This document shows positions 26,194 through 34,776 of a stretch of DNA of 42,935 bases, in pieces. Source of the stretch: a virus. Its lineage: Duplodnaviria > Caudoviricetes. The DNA is taken from the IMG/VR virus record IMGVR_UViG_3300027690_000121, positions 1 through 42,935 of that record; one strand, given 5' to 3'. Numbering within the stretch: position 1 is the stretch's first letter; every line of letters starts with the position of its first letter. The notes under the pieces are model-generated. The model had not been told where the DNA came from and did no database searches. It worked only from the letters and a program-made list of their open reading frames with translations. The translations under genes and the position numbers were made by a program.

Positions 26194-27667
26194 TCCGATC
26201 TCCTGTGGAAGCGACGTCCTGCCGCGATCCCTCCCGGCGCAGTCGCTCCATCACCTCCCGCACCAGTGCCTCTTTCCCCTCGTAGTCCTCGGTCCCCTCC
26301 TCGCCCCGCTCTGTTCCCGGCGCCGCGTCCGGGTCGATCTCGATCCCCATCTGGCCCACGATGGCCGCGAAGATGCGGACCGCGTCCTCTTTCGCCACCC
26401 AGCCCCGCTCCTCGGCGATCGACAGCGCAGTGGCGAGCTGTGGAATGCCGTTCACCATCTTGGTCAGGTCCTTCTTCGAGATCTCCGGCATCTCCACCGT
26501 GAAACCTTCCTCCGCGGCCTGCTCGGAGAGCCTCCCCGCGATCACCGCCTGGTCCACCACGAACTGGCAGACCGTGGTGAGCACGTGCTTGAGATAGAGC
26601 TGGCGCTGATCCAAATCCTTGATGGGCACCTGGCCGAACTGCTCCGCCTCGGTCTGGTAGGCCTTGCCGCCCCCGCCGAACCAGCTATCCGGCCGGCCGT
26701 GGCTTCCCAGGATGAAGCTCTTCCCCATGTCGAAGCCTTTGGCGAAATCCCACGCCTGGAGGTTCGGCGCCACCGCCTTCCATTCGGCGTTCTCGTTGTG
26801 GGCGCGGAGGCTCCCGGGCTCGGGCGGAGGGTTTTCCTGGAGCCACTTCCGGATCTGGCCCTCATCCATCCCCTTCAGAAGCACGTCCCAGACGAAGTTC
26901 AACATGAACTCGGCCCGGTCCAGGAAATTGTACCCGTAGCGCTCCAGGCCGTCGATCCAGTCGAAGAGCGTCAAAAAGTCGCTCCTGCCCCTGGGGCTGT
27001 TGGGCGGATGGTTGATGGCGAAAAAGAAGCACTCCCCCACGAGCTTGTCGTAGGTGCGGGAGCGCGGATCCCGGTCCTTGCGGATCACCGCCATCTTCTT
27101 TCCGGGCCTTCCGGCCATGCCGCGAAGCTCCACCTGCTGCACCTGGCGCACGTTGGTGACGCTCACGTTCACCTGCTTGATCTGGCTCGGGTCCACGTAG
27201 CCCAGGACCACCTGGCCGTTGTGGGGGCTCACTTCCACGGGCCAGCATTGCTCGCCCAGGAGCCCGAGCCACATGGCGTACTCGGGGAAGTTGATCTCCA
27301 TCAGGTTTTCCTGGTCCTCCCAGAAGCGGTCCAGGATCTCCTGCACCTGGTCGTTCTCGCTCGTGACGCTCACCGGCTCGCCGAATAAAAAACCCTTGTC
27401 CATCGTGGCGAGTCTCCGGGTCATGGCGGAATGATCGTACATGTAGTAGGCGATCTCGAACATCCGGTCCTGCTGGATCGCGTAGAGGTCCCGGACGAAA
27501 GCCCCGCCCGCCGACCTCCGGTAGCCCTCGTTTTTCGGGTCGTAGTTGGCGGTGACCGGCAGGCTCGCCTTGATCCGGCTGACTTCCTCCTCCACCACCC
27601 CGCGGAGCTCCTCGCGGGTGACGAGCCCCGGCGCGATCAATTTTGCCGCTTTCTCTCTGAGGCTCAT
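26186..27667 (-). CDS. Portal protein (493 aa)
   Basis: Follows terminase; GEQ.WPV...GYVDP, RGRSD motifs; size typical. Confidence 0.82.
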   Translation of the reverse strand: MSLREKAAKLIAPGLVTREELRGVVEEEVSRIKASLPVTANYDPKNEGYRRSAGGAFVRDLYAIQQDRMFEIAYYMYDHSAMTRRLATMDKGFLFGEPVSVTSENDQVQEILDRFWEDQENLMEINFPEYAMWLGLLGEQCWPVEVSPHNGQVVLGYVDPSQIKQVNVSVTNVRQVQQVELRGMAGRPGKKMAVIRKDRDPRSRTYDKLVGECFFFAINHPPNSPRGRSDFLTLFDWIDGLERYGYNFLDRAEFMLNFVWDVLLKGMDEGQIRKWLQENPPPEPGSLRAHNENAEWKAVAPNLQAWDFAKGFDMGKSFILGSHGRPDSWFGGGGKAYQTEAEQFGQVPIKDLDQRQLYLKHVLTTVCQFVVDQAVIAGRLSEQAAEEGFTVEMPEISKKDLTKMVNGIPQLATALSIAEERGWVAKEDAVRIFAAIVGQMGIEIDPDAAPGTERGEEGTEDYEGKEALVREVMERLRREGSRQDVASTGDRNE

Positions 27668-29202
27668 GCCGCCTCCTTGTTTTCATCCCGGGTGTGTCTT
27701 CCCCTGCCCATCCCCGTGGGAGCGGCTTCCAGCCGCGAGAGCCCGCCGAAGATCCCCCTTCCCCTCATCATCCGCCCGAGCATGCCGGGCCGGTGAGGGA
27801 ACATGGTCTTCGGCCGCTCGGGTTCGCGGCCGGCGCAGGCGGCAAGCCCGCTCACCGCGCCTGCGTGGACCGCCAGGGCCAGGGCCCAGAACCGGTCCGC
27901 GTGTCCGCCCGGACCCGTATCCGCCTCGAAGCGGATGTTCCCGGCCGCGGTGGTGGTCTTGCGGATGGAGCGGAGATCCGCGCGGATCCTGTCCTCCCTC
28001 GGGATCCGGATTCCCTTGTCCTCGAATCCGGATCGCACGGGGTAGGCGAGCTCCTCCTTCACCGGCCCGGTGAAGCGCACCGCCTCCACCCGGTACTCCC
28101 CGAACTTCTGCTGCGCCCGCTCCGCGAACTGCATGCCCAAACCCGTGGCGTCGATGCAGCACCGTCTCACCTGGGGGAGGGCCAGGATCTCGTATAGGGC
28201 GCTTTCCTGCTCCGAGAAGGCGACTCCCTGGAGCTCCACGATCTTGCGCGTGAAAAGCGTGCCGGAAACCCGCTCGATCACCCAGATCACCGTGAGATCG
28301 TGCATGCGCCCCACGTCCACGCCCACGTAAAGCTCCGAGGCGAGCCGGTCCTCGATCCGGCCGGCCGCCGTCATCTCCCATTTTTCCGTGGCCCGGTACT
28401 CGCAGGAAGCGATGAGGTCGTAGCTCAAAAACGCCCCCTCGTCGTCCGCGGGAACGCACATGTACTCCTGCAAAAACTGCTCTTCCGAGGCGCACCCGCT
28501 GCGGATGAAATCGAAGTATTCCACCTCGTCCATCCCCAGGCGCTCGTCCCCGTCCGGAAGGGCCTCCTGGAGTTTGTATAAAAACCCCTGGTCGAGGGCG
28601 TCCTGGAGGGTCACCGTGTGGAGGGAGAAGCCCTTGGGATTTCTCCGGTGCTTCACGTCCTCCACCAGCTCGTTGAAGAAATTGGCCGAGCCCCGGTGGG
28701 TGGAGATGATCTCCATCTCTCCGCCCCAGGTGATCCCGGGATAGGCGATGGTGTAAAGCTTCACCGGGTCCGGGTGGAGCGCGAACTCATCCAGGATCCT
28801 CCCGCCCTTTTTCCCGGCCTGGGCGTCCGGGTTGGAGCTCATGGAGTGGATCCGCTTGCCGTTCGAGAATTGGAGCACGTAGGCGCTGATCCTTTTCTCC
28901 TCGTCGATGATGACCGCCCCCAGGTTCCGGGCCGCCGCGTCGAGCAACCGCGCGAACCGCACGCAGTCTTCCAGGAAAAGCCTCGCCTGGATCGCGTCCC
29001 GGCTCGACACCCACTGGTCGTTCCTGTTCTCCGACGGCGCGGTCCTTTCCACGGCTCCGTAGGCCGTGCCCCAGGAAATGCCGATCTGGCGGCTCTTCTC
29101 CATGAGCTTGAGGCGGCTGTGGTCGTCGATCCACCGCTGCTGGTAGGGGAGAAAGACTCTCTCCGGATCCTTCGGGATCTGCTTGGCGTTCCCCCTTCTC
29201 AC
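27664..29202 (-). CDS. Terminase large subunit (Mu gp28-like)
   Basis: LPYQQRW, EKSRQIGIS Walker A, ILDEFA Walker B, GVDVGR and HADRFWALALA nuclease motifs. Confidence 0.95.
   Translation of the reverse strand: MRRGNAKQIPKDPERVFLPYQQRWIDDHSRLKLMEKSRQIGISWGTAYGAVERTAPSENRNDQWVSSRDAIQARLFLEDCVRFARLLDAAARNLGAVIIDEEKRISAYVLQFSNGKRIHSMSSNPDAQAGKKGGRILDEFALHPDPVKLYTIAYPGITWGGEMEIISTHRGSANFFNELVEDVKHRRNPKGFSLHTVTLQDALDQGFLYKLQEALPDGDERLGMDEVEYFDFIRSGCASEEQFLQEYMCVPADDEGAFLSYDLIASCEYRATEKWEMTAAGRIEDRLASELYVGVDVGRMHDLTVIWVIERVSGTLFTRKIVELQGVAFSEQESALYEILALPQVRRCCIDATGLGMQFAERAQQKFGEYRVEAVRFTGPVKEELAYPVRSGFEDKGIRIPREDRIRADLRSIRKTTTAAGNIRFEADTGPGGHADRFWALALAVHAGAVSGLAACAGREPERPKTMFPHRPGMLGRMMRGRGIFGGLSRLEAAPTGMGRGRHTRDENKEAA
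27716..27738 (+). repeat. REP-like element GTGGGAGCGGCTTCCAGCCGCGA (related copies at 26205, 33278, 39219)
   Basis: GTGG tetranucleotide followed by GCGGCT/AGCCGC palindrome; four related copies in the same orientation. Confidence 0.65.
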
Positions 29203-29720
29203 AGGATCTGCTCCCTCAACTCCCGGATGGTGGCGGCGTCGAGTGTCGTCTTCTTCCCGGCCTTCTTGGCCGCCTCGTCGAACTTGTCAAGGAGCTGCGT
29301 CTTCAGCTTCTCCCTCGCCACGCTGGACATCTGGAGCCTGGCGAAATCCCCCAGGAGCTTCCCGATGTGCTTGACATCGATCCGGTCTCCGGCCTGCATC
29401 GCCTCCTGGAAGACCTCCATCATCACCACGGCGCCGAGCTTGGCCGTGGCCTCCTCGATCTTGAGCGGGTCCTCGCCCGCGGCCTCGATGATGGTCTTCG
29501 CCTGCTCGCCCACGAATTTCACCTTCTCCAGGGCGAAAAAATACTTGGCGTAGCGGCCCACGGCGCTCTGGCTGGATTTATAGCCCGCCTCCTCCAGCCA
29601 GTCCGCGATCTCCTGGTAGGTCTTCCGCCCCTCGCCCACCTCCACGAGCATTTCGTTCACGCGGGCGAGGATCTCCTTCGGGAAGCCCAGGAGCTTGCTC
29701 TTTCCGCGTCGTCTAACCAT
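29199..29720 (-). CDS. Mu gp27/DUF3486-like putative terminase small subunit
   Basis: SK...P...VNEML....TYQEIADWL...GY..S.SAVGRY HTH pattern; directly before TerL. Confidence 0.8.
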   Translation of the reverse strand: MVRRRGKSKLLGFPKEILARVNEMLVEVGEGRKTYQEIADWLEEAGYKSSQSAVGRYAKYFFALEKVKFVGEQAKTIIEAAGEDPLKIEEATAKLGAVVMMEVFQEAMQAGDRIDVKHIGKLLGDFARLQMSSVAREKLKTQLLDKFDEAAKKAGKKTTLDAATIRELREQIL

Positions 29721-30006
29721 TGAGCAGCACCCCCGGATCGCAGGGCACGTTGCCCTCGATGAGGTCGATCCCCTGGGGCGTGATGAAGTTCACGCGACGC
29801 TTCACGTTGTTTTTCTCGTACTCCTGGCGGTGGATGTAGCCCTTGTGCTCCAGATACAGCAGATGGCTTTTAAGCTCCGAAGGGGTCATGTGAAAGCCCG
29901 ACTCCAGGAGCGCCGTCTCGATCACCTTGAAGCTCGCGCCGTATGGCTGCGCCCGCTCGCAGATCCGGAGGATCCATCCCCGCACTTCCCTGTTCTCCAC
30001 GCTCAT
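29713..30006 (-). CDS. Mu gp26-like winged-helix protein (97 aa)
   Basis: R.WILR...L.YLE.KGYI...ITPQGIDLIEG pattern; ATGA overlap at 30003-30006. Confidence 0.7.
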   Translation of the reverse strand: MSVENREVRGWILRICERAQPYGASFKVIETALLESGFHMTPSELKSHLLYLEHKGYIHRQEYEKNNVKRRVNFITPQGIDLIEGNVPCDPGVLLNG

Positions 30007-30290
30007 GACGGTGTGCCTCCTTCCACCAGCTTCTGGATGTTCTTCCCGAGGTCGTCCATCTTCTTGTCCACGCTGATGGACCACCGGATGAAGTCCTCGC
30101 GGAAGAGGTATTTCTCGGGCAGATCGTTCATTCGCATCTCAAGCTTCTCTATGGCGCAGTCCTGCTTCTTCTGGTCGATCCGAAAAGACTGGCGAATCTC
30201 CCGCAGGTAGAAGATCGTGAAGGTCAAAAGCGCCGTGGTCACGATCGCGAAAACCGACACCAGCACCTGAAAGGCCGCCTCGCCGGTCAT
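30003..30290 (-). CDS. Single-TM coiled-coil protein (Mu gp25-like position)
   Basis: N-terminal hydrophobic segment; LPEKY..REDFIR motif. Confidence 0.7.
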   Translation of the reverse strand: MTGEAAFQVLVSVFAIVTTALLTFTIFYLREIRQSFRIDQKKQDCAIEKLEMRMNDLPEKYLFREDFIRWSISVDKKMDDLGKNIQKLVEGGTPS

Positions 30291-30871
30291 GGCTTGCCCC
30301 CGGTCGGCTCGGGATGAACGAGAAGCCTGGTCTTCTCCGAGGAGCCCTTGCTCGATCCGAAGAAGTACTGGACCACCGCGGTCACCCCGGCTGTGAGCGC
30401 CCCAAAGAGATTCCCGAGGAGGAAAATCACGTACTCCGGCACCTGGGCAGGGAACTGGTTCGCCAGGATCAGCCAGATCATGAGCCCCGTGGAGCCGAAA
30501 AAACCGGCCACATAGACGTACGCAAGGATGTAGAGGTTGATGTCCCGGGTCCCCGTCGCCCTGGTGGTCTCCACCTCTCTCTGCCTGGCGTTGGCCCGGT
30601 CCTGTATTTCGAGGCGTGCCTGCTCCAGGGCCACCTTGGAAAGCTCCAGTTGATTCGCCATCTCAAGCTCCCGAAGCTTCACAAGGGCCGCCGGATCGGA
30701 CTCGATAATGCGGTTGATCTTTTCCGGAGTCGCCTCCTCGGCGCTCAATCCGAAAATGGACGCAATGAGAGAGATCGCGGTTCCCGCCGCCCCTCCCACC
30801 GGCCCGCCGAGAATTCCTCCGAGAATCGGCGCCGCTTTCGCGATCTTTGCTCCCAGGTCCTTCCACTCCAT
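30287..30871 (-). CDS. Putative holin (194 aa)
   Basis: APILGGILGGP.GG N-terminus, two C-terminal TM segments, QYFFGSSKGS motif; AGGAGG SD. Confidence 0.7.
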   Translation of the reverse strand: MEWKDLGAKIAKAAPILGGILGGPVGGAAGTAISLIASIFGLSAEEATPEKINRIIESDPAALVKLRELEMANQLELSKVALEQARLEIQDRANARQREVETTRATGTRDINLYILAYVYVAGFFGSTGLMIWLILANQFPAQVPEYVIFLLGNLFGALTAGVTAVVQYFFGSSKGSSEKTRLLVHPEPTGGKP

Positions 30872-30881
30872 CACGATCCTC

Positions 30882-31640
30882 CTAATGTATCTCGTCCACC
30901 AGGCCCCACGCCTTGGCCTTCGCGGCATTGAACCAAGTAGTCTTGTTCTCCATTTTGCCCCATTCCTCTACGGTTAGCCTGCTATGGGCCGCGAGTTTTC
31001 CCAGGTAGCGCTCCCGCAAAAGATCCATAAGCTCGTTCTGGGACCGTATATCCGAGTGGGTTTCCTGCCCCGGCCATTTCCAGATGGACGTCTCATGCAC
31101 CATAAAAATCGTGCCCGGAGCCGCCTGACGGTAGTTACACACGGCGAAAACCGGCACCGCGGCGCTCGCTACGATCCCGGAGGCGTGGGCCGTCACATAG
31201 AATCCCTCCTTTTTCGCCCGCTCAATCTCATCGGCCAGCGCGAGCCCCGAATGGGCGTCGCCACCCGGAGAATTGATAAAGACGATCAGCTTTCGGATTT
31301 TGGTGCTTGCCTTCAGCACGCAGATATCGTTCCACAGCCGGGACACATCGGATACGGTAAGACCCGAGAAGATCTTGACGTACGCTTTATCCCCGCAAAT
31401 AAAGGACAGGGTGGAGAGCGTCCCCTCCTGGTTCTGGATCTGCATCGTCCTAGAAATCCTGTCCGACGGCTCTACGGCCGCCGTCGCTATCCCCGCCGGC
31501 TCCACCTTGATCACGACCTCGTGGCGGACGGTTTCCGTACGCTCGGGGATTCCCGCGCACCCCGGCGCATACAGCATCACGCAAGTAACTATCAGTAATG
31601 CCGCGCTCAATGACCAGTATCTTTTTAGTAACTCCGCCAT
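30882..31640 (-). CDS. ClpP/crotonase-fold serine protease with N-terminal membrane anchor or lipoprotein signal
   Basis: INSPGGD, GIVASAA (nucleophile Ser), FMVH (His); hydrophobic N-terminus ending APGC. Confidence 0.8.
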   Translation of the reverse strand: MAELLKRYWSLSAALLIVTCVMLYAPGCAGIPERTETVRHEVVIKVEPAGIATAAVEPSDRISRTMQIQNQEGTLSTLSFICGDKAYVKIFSGLTVSDVSRLWNDICVLKASTKIRKLIVFINSPGGDAHSGLALADEIERAKKEGFYVTAHASGIVASAAVPVFAVCNYRQAAPGTIFMVHETSIWKWPGQETHSDIRSQNELMDLLRERYLGKLAAHSRLTVEEWGKMENKTTWFNAAKAKAWGLVDEIH

Positions 31641-31656
31641 GAGACACCTCCTTTTT

Positions 31657-32010
31657 TTATGGAAACCAAATCACGTTCGGGTCTTTCGCCCGATCGATGT
31701 CCAGGTGAACCCAGGTCGGACCGAGCTCCATCCGGTTGATCCGGAGCAGAATCGCCTGCTCCACGATTTGATATCGAAGCCGGGAATTGTCGCAGGCGAT
31801 GTCCACCGCGAGCCCCTTCATGTGGCTCGACCCGCGAGAACCCTTGACGGCCTTGTTGTGCTTGGGGCAGCGATAGCCCGAGGTCACGGTGAGTTTTTTA
31901 CCCAGCCGGCTTTCCATGATCTCCACCAGGGCCGCCACCCTCGGGTCGGTCTCATTGACCCCGCAGCACGGGCACTCAAATCTTTTCTCCGGCTTGTATT
32001 GCACGATCAT
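31657..32010 (-). CDS. Peptidase M15 family endolysin
   Basis: FECPCCG, VTSGYRC..HN, SSH..G.AVDI, WVHLD zinc-binding motifs. Confidence 0.88.
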   Translation of the reverse strand: MIVQYKPEKRFECPCCGVNETDPRVAALVEIMESRLGKKLTVTSGYRCPKHNKAVKGSRGSSHMKGLAVDIACDNSRLRYQIVEQAILLRINRMELGPTWVHLDIDRAKDPNVIWFP

Positions 32011-32023
32011 CGGATCACCTCAT

Positions 32024-32057
32024 CTCCGACCTCCGATTTCCGACCTCCGACCTCTAA
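32024..32057. repeat. Heptamer tandem repeats CTCCGAC/CTCTGAT (also 32752-32772 and 33910-33944)
   Basis: Direct reading of the sequence; each array lies just upstream of a - strand start codon. Confidence 0.8.
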
Positions 32058-32072
32058 GTTCACCCGGCCCCT

Positions 32073-32124
32073 AAACAAAAAGCGGCCTCAAATCCGCTCC
32101 TGAGCTTGCGGGTTTGGGCCGCTT
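32073..32124 (-). terminator. Terminator-like hairpin in the late-operon leader
   Basis: AAGCGGCCCAAACCCGC...GCGGAUUUGAGGCCGC followed by UUUUUGUUU. Confidence 0.6.
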
Positions 32125-32144
32125 GGGCGCCGGGGTAACATCCG

Positions 32145-32191
32145 GTATGGCGTGCGAGACGCGCAAAAATTGTATGGCGTGCGAGACGCGC
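32145..32191. repeat. Perfect 20-bp direct repeat GTATGGCGTGCGAGACGCGC x2 (27-bp period)
   Basis: Copies at 32145-32164 and 32172-32191. Confidence 0.9.
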
Positions 32192-32201
32192 TTAAAAAAT
32201 C

Positions 32202-32420
32202 TCAGGTAGTATCGCATAGGCCGTCAAAAAAATCAATCTTTTTTAGCACCACCCATTTTTTGCAGCGGGGGCACTTGATCTTCAGGGTGCCCGCGTCGGT
32301 CTCCATGAGCTGGCGCTTGCAGTGGGGGCAGCGGATCAGCACTCCCGCATACTCCCGCGGCCTCTTCCGCACCACCCTCGCCGCAAATCCCGGATTGACC
32401 CCCGTCCGCTCGGGCTTCAT
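32202..32420 (-). CDS. Com-like zinc-ribbon regulator (72 aa)
   Basis: IRCPHCKRQL...LKIKCPRCK matches the Mu Com pattern. Confidence 0.7.
   Translation of the reverse strand: MKPERTGVNPGFAARVVRKRPREYAGVLIRCPHCKRQLMETDAGTLKIKCPRCKKWVVLKKIDFFDGLCDTT
32208..32236 (-). promoter_or_regulatory. Candidate sigma70 late promoter
   Basis: TTGATT-17 nt-GATACT with extended TG, in the 3' end of the com-like gene. Confidence 0.35.
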
Positions 32421-32752
32421 CGATCTCCGATCCCTTCCCAGCCGTTGACACAGTGGACGATGATTTTTTTCACCCGACACGCTCCCAAGTTGAGACGCTC
32501 GACCAGGTTACTCAGGTCGTCCCTTTCAGGCGGCGCATGGCGCACCGGCCGGCACTCGAAGAGGATCTCCGTGATGGCGCAGCCGCGATCTTCCAAATAC
32601 TCTCGAATTTCCTCGAAGTGGTAGACTTCCTCATAAGTCTCATGCTTCGCCGCCTCCGCCGCCCTGGCGACCTCGGCCCGCGAGACATCGCCGGCCCAGG
32701 CCTTCACCTCCACCACAAGAAGGATTAAAATCATCATACACAATACTTTCAT
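32417..32752 (-). CDS. Hypothetical protein with hydrophobic N-terminus (111 aa)
   Basis: GGAGG SD; signal-like N-terminus. Confidence 0.6.
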   Translation of the reverse strand: MKVLCMMILILLVVEVKAWAGDVSRAEVARAAEAAKHETYEEVYHFEEIREYLEDRGCAITEILFECRPVRHAPPERDDLSNLVERLNLGACRVKKIIVHCVNGWEGIGDR

Positions 32753-32772
32753 TCCGGCCTCCGATCTCCGAT

Positions 32773-32801
32773 GTACGGGCGGGTTTCAAACCCGCCCGTA
32801 C
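32773..32801. repeat. Perfect REP-like palindrome GTACGGGCGGGTTT-C-AAACCCGCCCGTAC
   Basis: 14-bp arms; overlaps the gemA stop codon. Confidence 0.8.
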
Positions 32802-33262
32802 CGGTCTCCGTCTCTCGGCGCTTCGCGCCGATCCACCCGATCCCCGATCTTCTTCATCGCCTCGATCGCCTGGTGCGCCTTCTCGAAGCTCAGGAAGTTT
32901 TCATGGTCCACCCGGAATCTTTTCTTGAGAAACCCCCGGAGCGCCTTCCACTCGCTTCCCACCCGGTAGTAGCTTCCTCCGAGGCTCCACCAGAGCACAA
33001 AGATCTTCCGGAGCTGCGCAGCCGTCGCCATGCCCCGCCTTGCGGGGTTGGCCGGTTCGCCGGTTGGCCGGTTTGCCGGCTGGTGCCGCTTGAAGCCGGC
33101 CCGCTCGAAGTGCCCCATTATTGCCTGAAAACCCCGGTAGTCGAGCTCCTTGGCCGAGCGCACGCCGGCGTGTGCCTGAAGCGCGTCCCGGTAGGTCTCC
33201 TCGTCGAGCCCCAGCTCCTTGGCCGCGATGTGGAGGATGGCAAGCTGCGATTTATTCAGCAT
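32786..33262 (-). CDS. gemA: GemA (Mu gp16 / DUF1018) family protein
   Basis: LAILHIAAKELGLDEETYR..L....GVRSAKEL and QLRKI..LW motifs. Confidence 0.85.
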   Translation of the reverse strand: MLNKSQLAILHIAAKELGLDEETYRDALQAHAGVRSAKELDYRGFQAIMGHFERAGFKRHQPANRPTGEPANPARRGMATAAQLRKIFVLWWSLGGSYYRVGSEWKALRGFLKKRFRVDHENFLSFEKAHQAIEAMKKIGDRVDRREAPRDGDRYGRV

Positions 33263-33300
33263 CCCTCTCTCCGATCGGTGGAAGCGGCATCCAGCCGCGA

Positions 33301-33435
33301 TTATTTATCACTGTGATATTTCCATGCCACGTACTCATAGAGCCAAACCGCGACACTTAAAATCAGAATTGCGAGGCTCATTGGTACGAGAGCCATTCCA
33401 AAAACAAGAAGGAATACCGCTAATTCCATGCCCAT
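33301..33435 (-). CDS. Small membrane protein (44 aa)
   Basis: MGMELAVFLLVFGMALVPMSLAILILSVAVWLYEY...; GGAGG SD; AT-rich. Confidence 0.5.
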   Translation of the reverse strand: MGMELAVFLLVFGMALVPMSLAILILSVAVWLYEYVAWKYHSDK

Positions 33436-33447
33436 CTTGACCTCCGA

Positions 33448-33903
33448 TCACGATAAAATTAATTCGTCGGGCACGTTGAAGATTCCCTGTCTGCCGCGGA
33501 AAGGCATGCGATGTACAAGCGGAATTCGCTCACCGAGAAAAATCAAAAATTTCCCAGATGTTGGGCACATCGCTCGCCGGTTCAACTGAAAAGCGCTCAT
33601 GCCCCAGGGCAACGGAGATGTCGGATCGTGCCACTGGCAATCCATAACCTGGCAGGTACAAAGAATTCTCCCCCGATTGATATTGATAAATGCCAGTAAA
33701 TTCAACATGTCCAACGAGCTTTTAGCTCTCGATGCGAAAAAGGGGGAATCCAACGCGTCCTCATCAACTTTTATCGCTGCATGGATGGCAATGCGCTGGC
33801 CGATCAGAGACTTAAATCGATCGTGCTCCCTTGTTTCGATCGTCTTCCAACCCAGACTCACCCACGTCGCCCAAGGCTGCCATAAGCTAATCGCTTTCAT
33901 CAT
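33448..33903 (-). CDS. ASCH domain protein
   Basis: MKAISLWQPWA....G.KTIETR...RIAIHAA...RGRQGIF; lower GC. Confidence 0.85.
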   Translation of the reverse strand: MMKAISLWQPWATWVSLGWKTIETREHDRFKSLIGQRIAIHAAIKVDEDALDSPFFASRAKSSLDMLNLLAFININRGRILCTCQVMDCQWHDPTSPLPWGMSAFQLNRRAMCPTSGKFLIFLGERIPLVHRMPFRGRQGIFNVPDELILS

Positions 33904-33946
33904 TCTGTCCTCCGACCTCTGATCTCTGATCTCCGACCTCCGGCCC

Positions 33947-34624
33947 CTACTCCCCCAGCTCCGCCACCAGCCGTTCGAACTCCCGGGCCTTGATCTTCAG
34001 CGCCGCCACCTTCTCCTTCGGCAAAAGCACGCCCCCGAACTTCTCCCCGATTTTTCTCAAACCATCTGCAAATTTCTCGGGGTTGCGGGTCATGCGCGTC
34101 AGGAAAGCATCCACCATTTCGATGGGGGCGGGCATGGGCACCTTGGGCCGGATCGGGCCGGTCATCCCGCTCCGGTCCACCAGCTCCTCCCACTCGAAGG
34201 AAAGCTGGGTGACCATATCCACCATCGCCGCCTGCTTGCCGCGCGACGCTTTGACGAGCCCCGTGAGCCCGCGCTTTCGGAAGGTGTCATAGAAAGCCTC
34301 GGCCTCCTGCTCGCTTTCCGCGATCCAGTATCCCCCGCCGCCCCCCGCCTTACTCAGGATCGGGATGTGGCTGTGCATGGTGAGGAGGTGATTGTGCATC
34401 CGCCTCACGTCCCGCTTCCAGAACTCGTGCCAGCCGCTCTCCCACGCCATGTGACGCCCCTCCAGTCTCGCCGCGAACTCCAGGGCCAGGTTATCGGCGG
34501 AGATCGCGTTCTCCTGCCCCACGTGCTCCTCCCAGAGAATCCCGGTGAACACCTCCTCGGCGTGCGTCAAAGTCCGCACGTGCCGCCCGGTCTTGACATC
34601 GATTCCCAGGTCTTCTTCTTTCAT
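33947..34624 (-). CDS. Hypothetical protein with probable winged-HTH N-terminus (225 aa)
   Basis: HVGQENAIS...RDVRR...IPILS...GGYWIAES pattern. Confidence 0.65.
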   Translation of the reverse strand: MKEEDLGIDVKTGRHVRTLTHAEEVFTGILWEEHVGQENAISADNLALEFAARLEGRHMAWESGWHEFWKRDVRRMHNHLLTMHSHIPILSKAGGGGGYWIAESEQEAEAFYDTFRKRGLTGLVKASRGKQAAMVDMVTQLSFEWEELVDRSGMTGPIRPKVPMPAPIEMVDAFLTRMTRNPEKFADGLRKIGEKFGGVLLPKEKVAALKIKAREFERLVAELGE

Positions 34625-34776
34625 GGCTTCCTCCTCACTCCATCTTCTTTCCCGCCATGCCGGCCAGGCTCTCCACGCCCCGCCGCCGCGGCGGTCTTTT
34701 TTGGCGGTGGAGCTGGCGGGGGTAATGGCTTTTTGCTTATCTGAGGCGGTGCTGGATTAGATTCCTTTTTCATGGC

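Noticed and set aside
32145-32191. Possible mini-CRISPR array
   Set aside because: Only two 20-bp units with a 7-bp spacer; no cas genes
33306-33318. TATCACTGTGATA palindrome resembling a lambda-type operator
   Set aside because: Single copy inside a small ORF, with no matching sites near the immunity region
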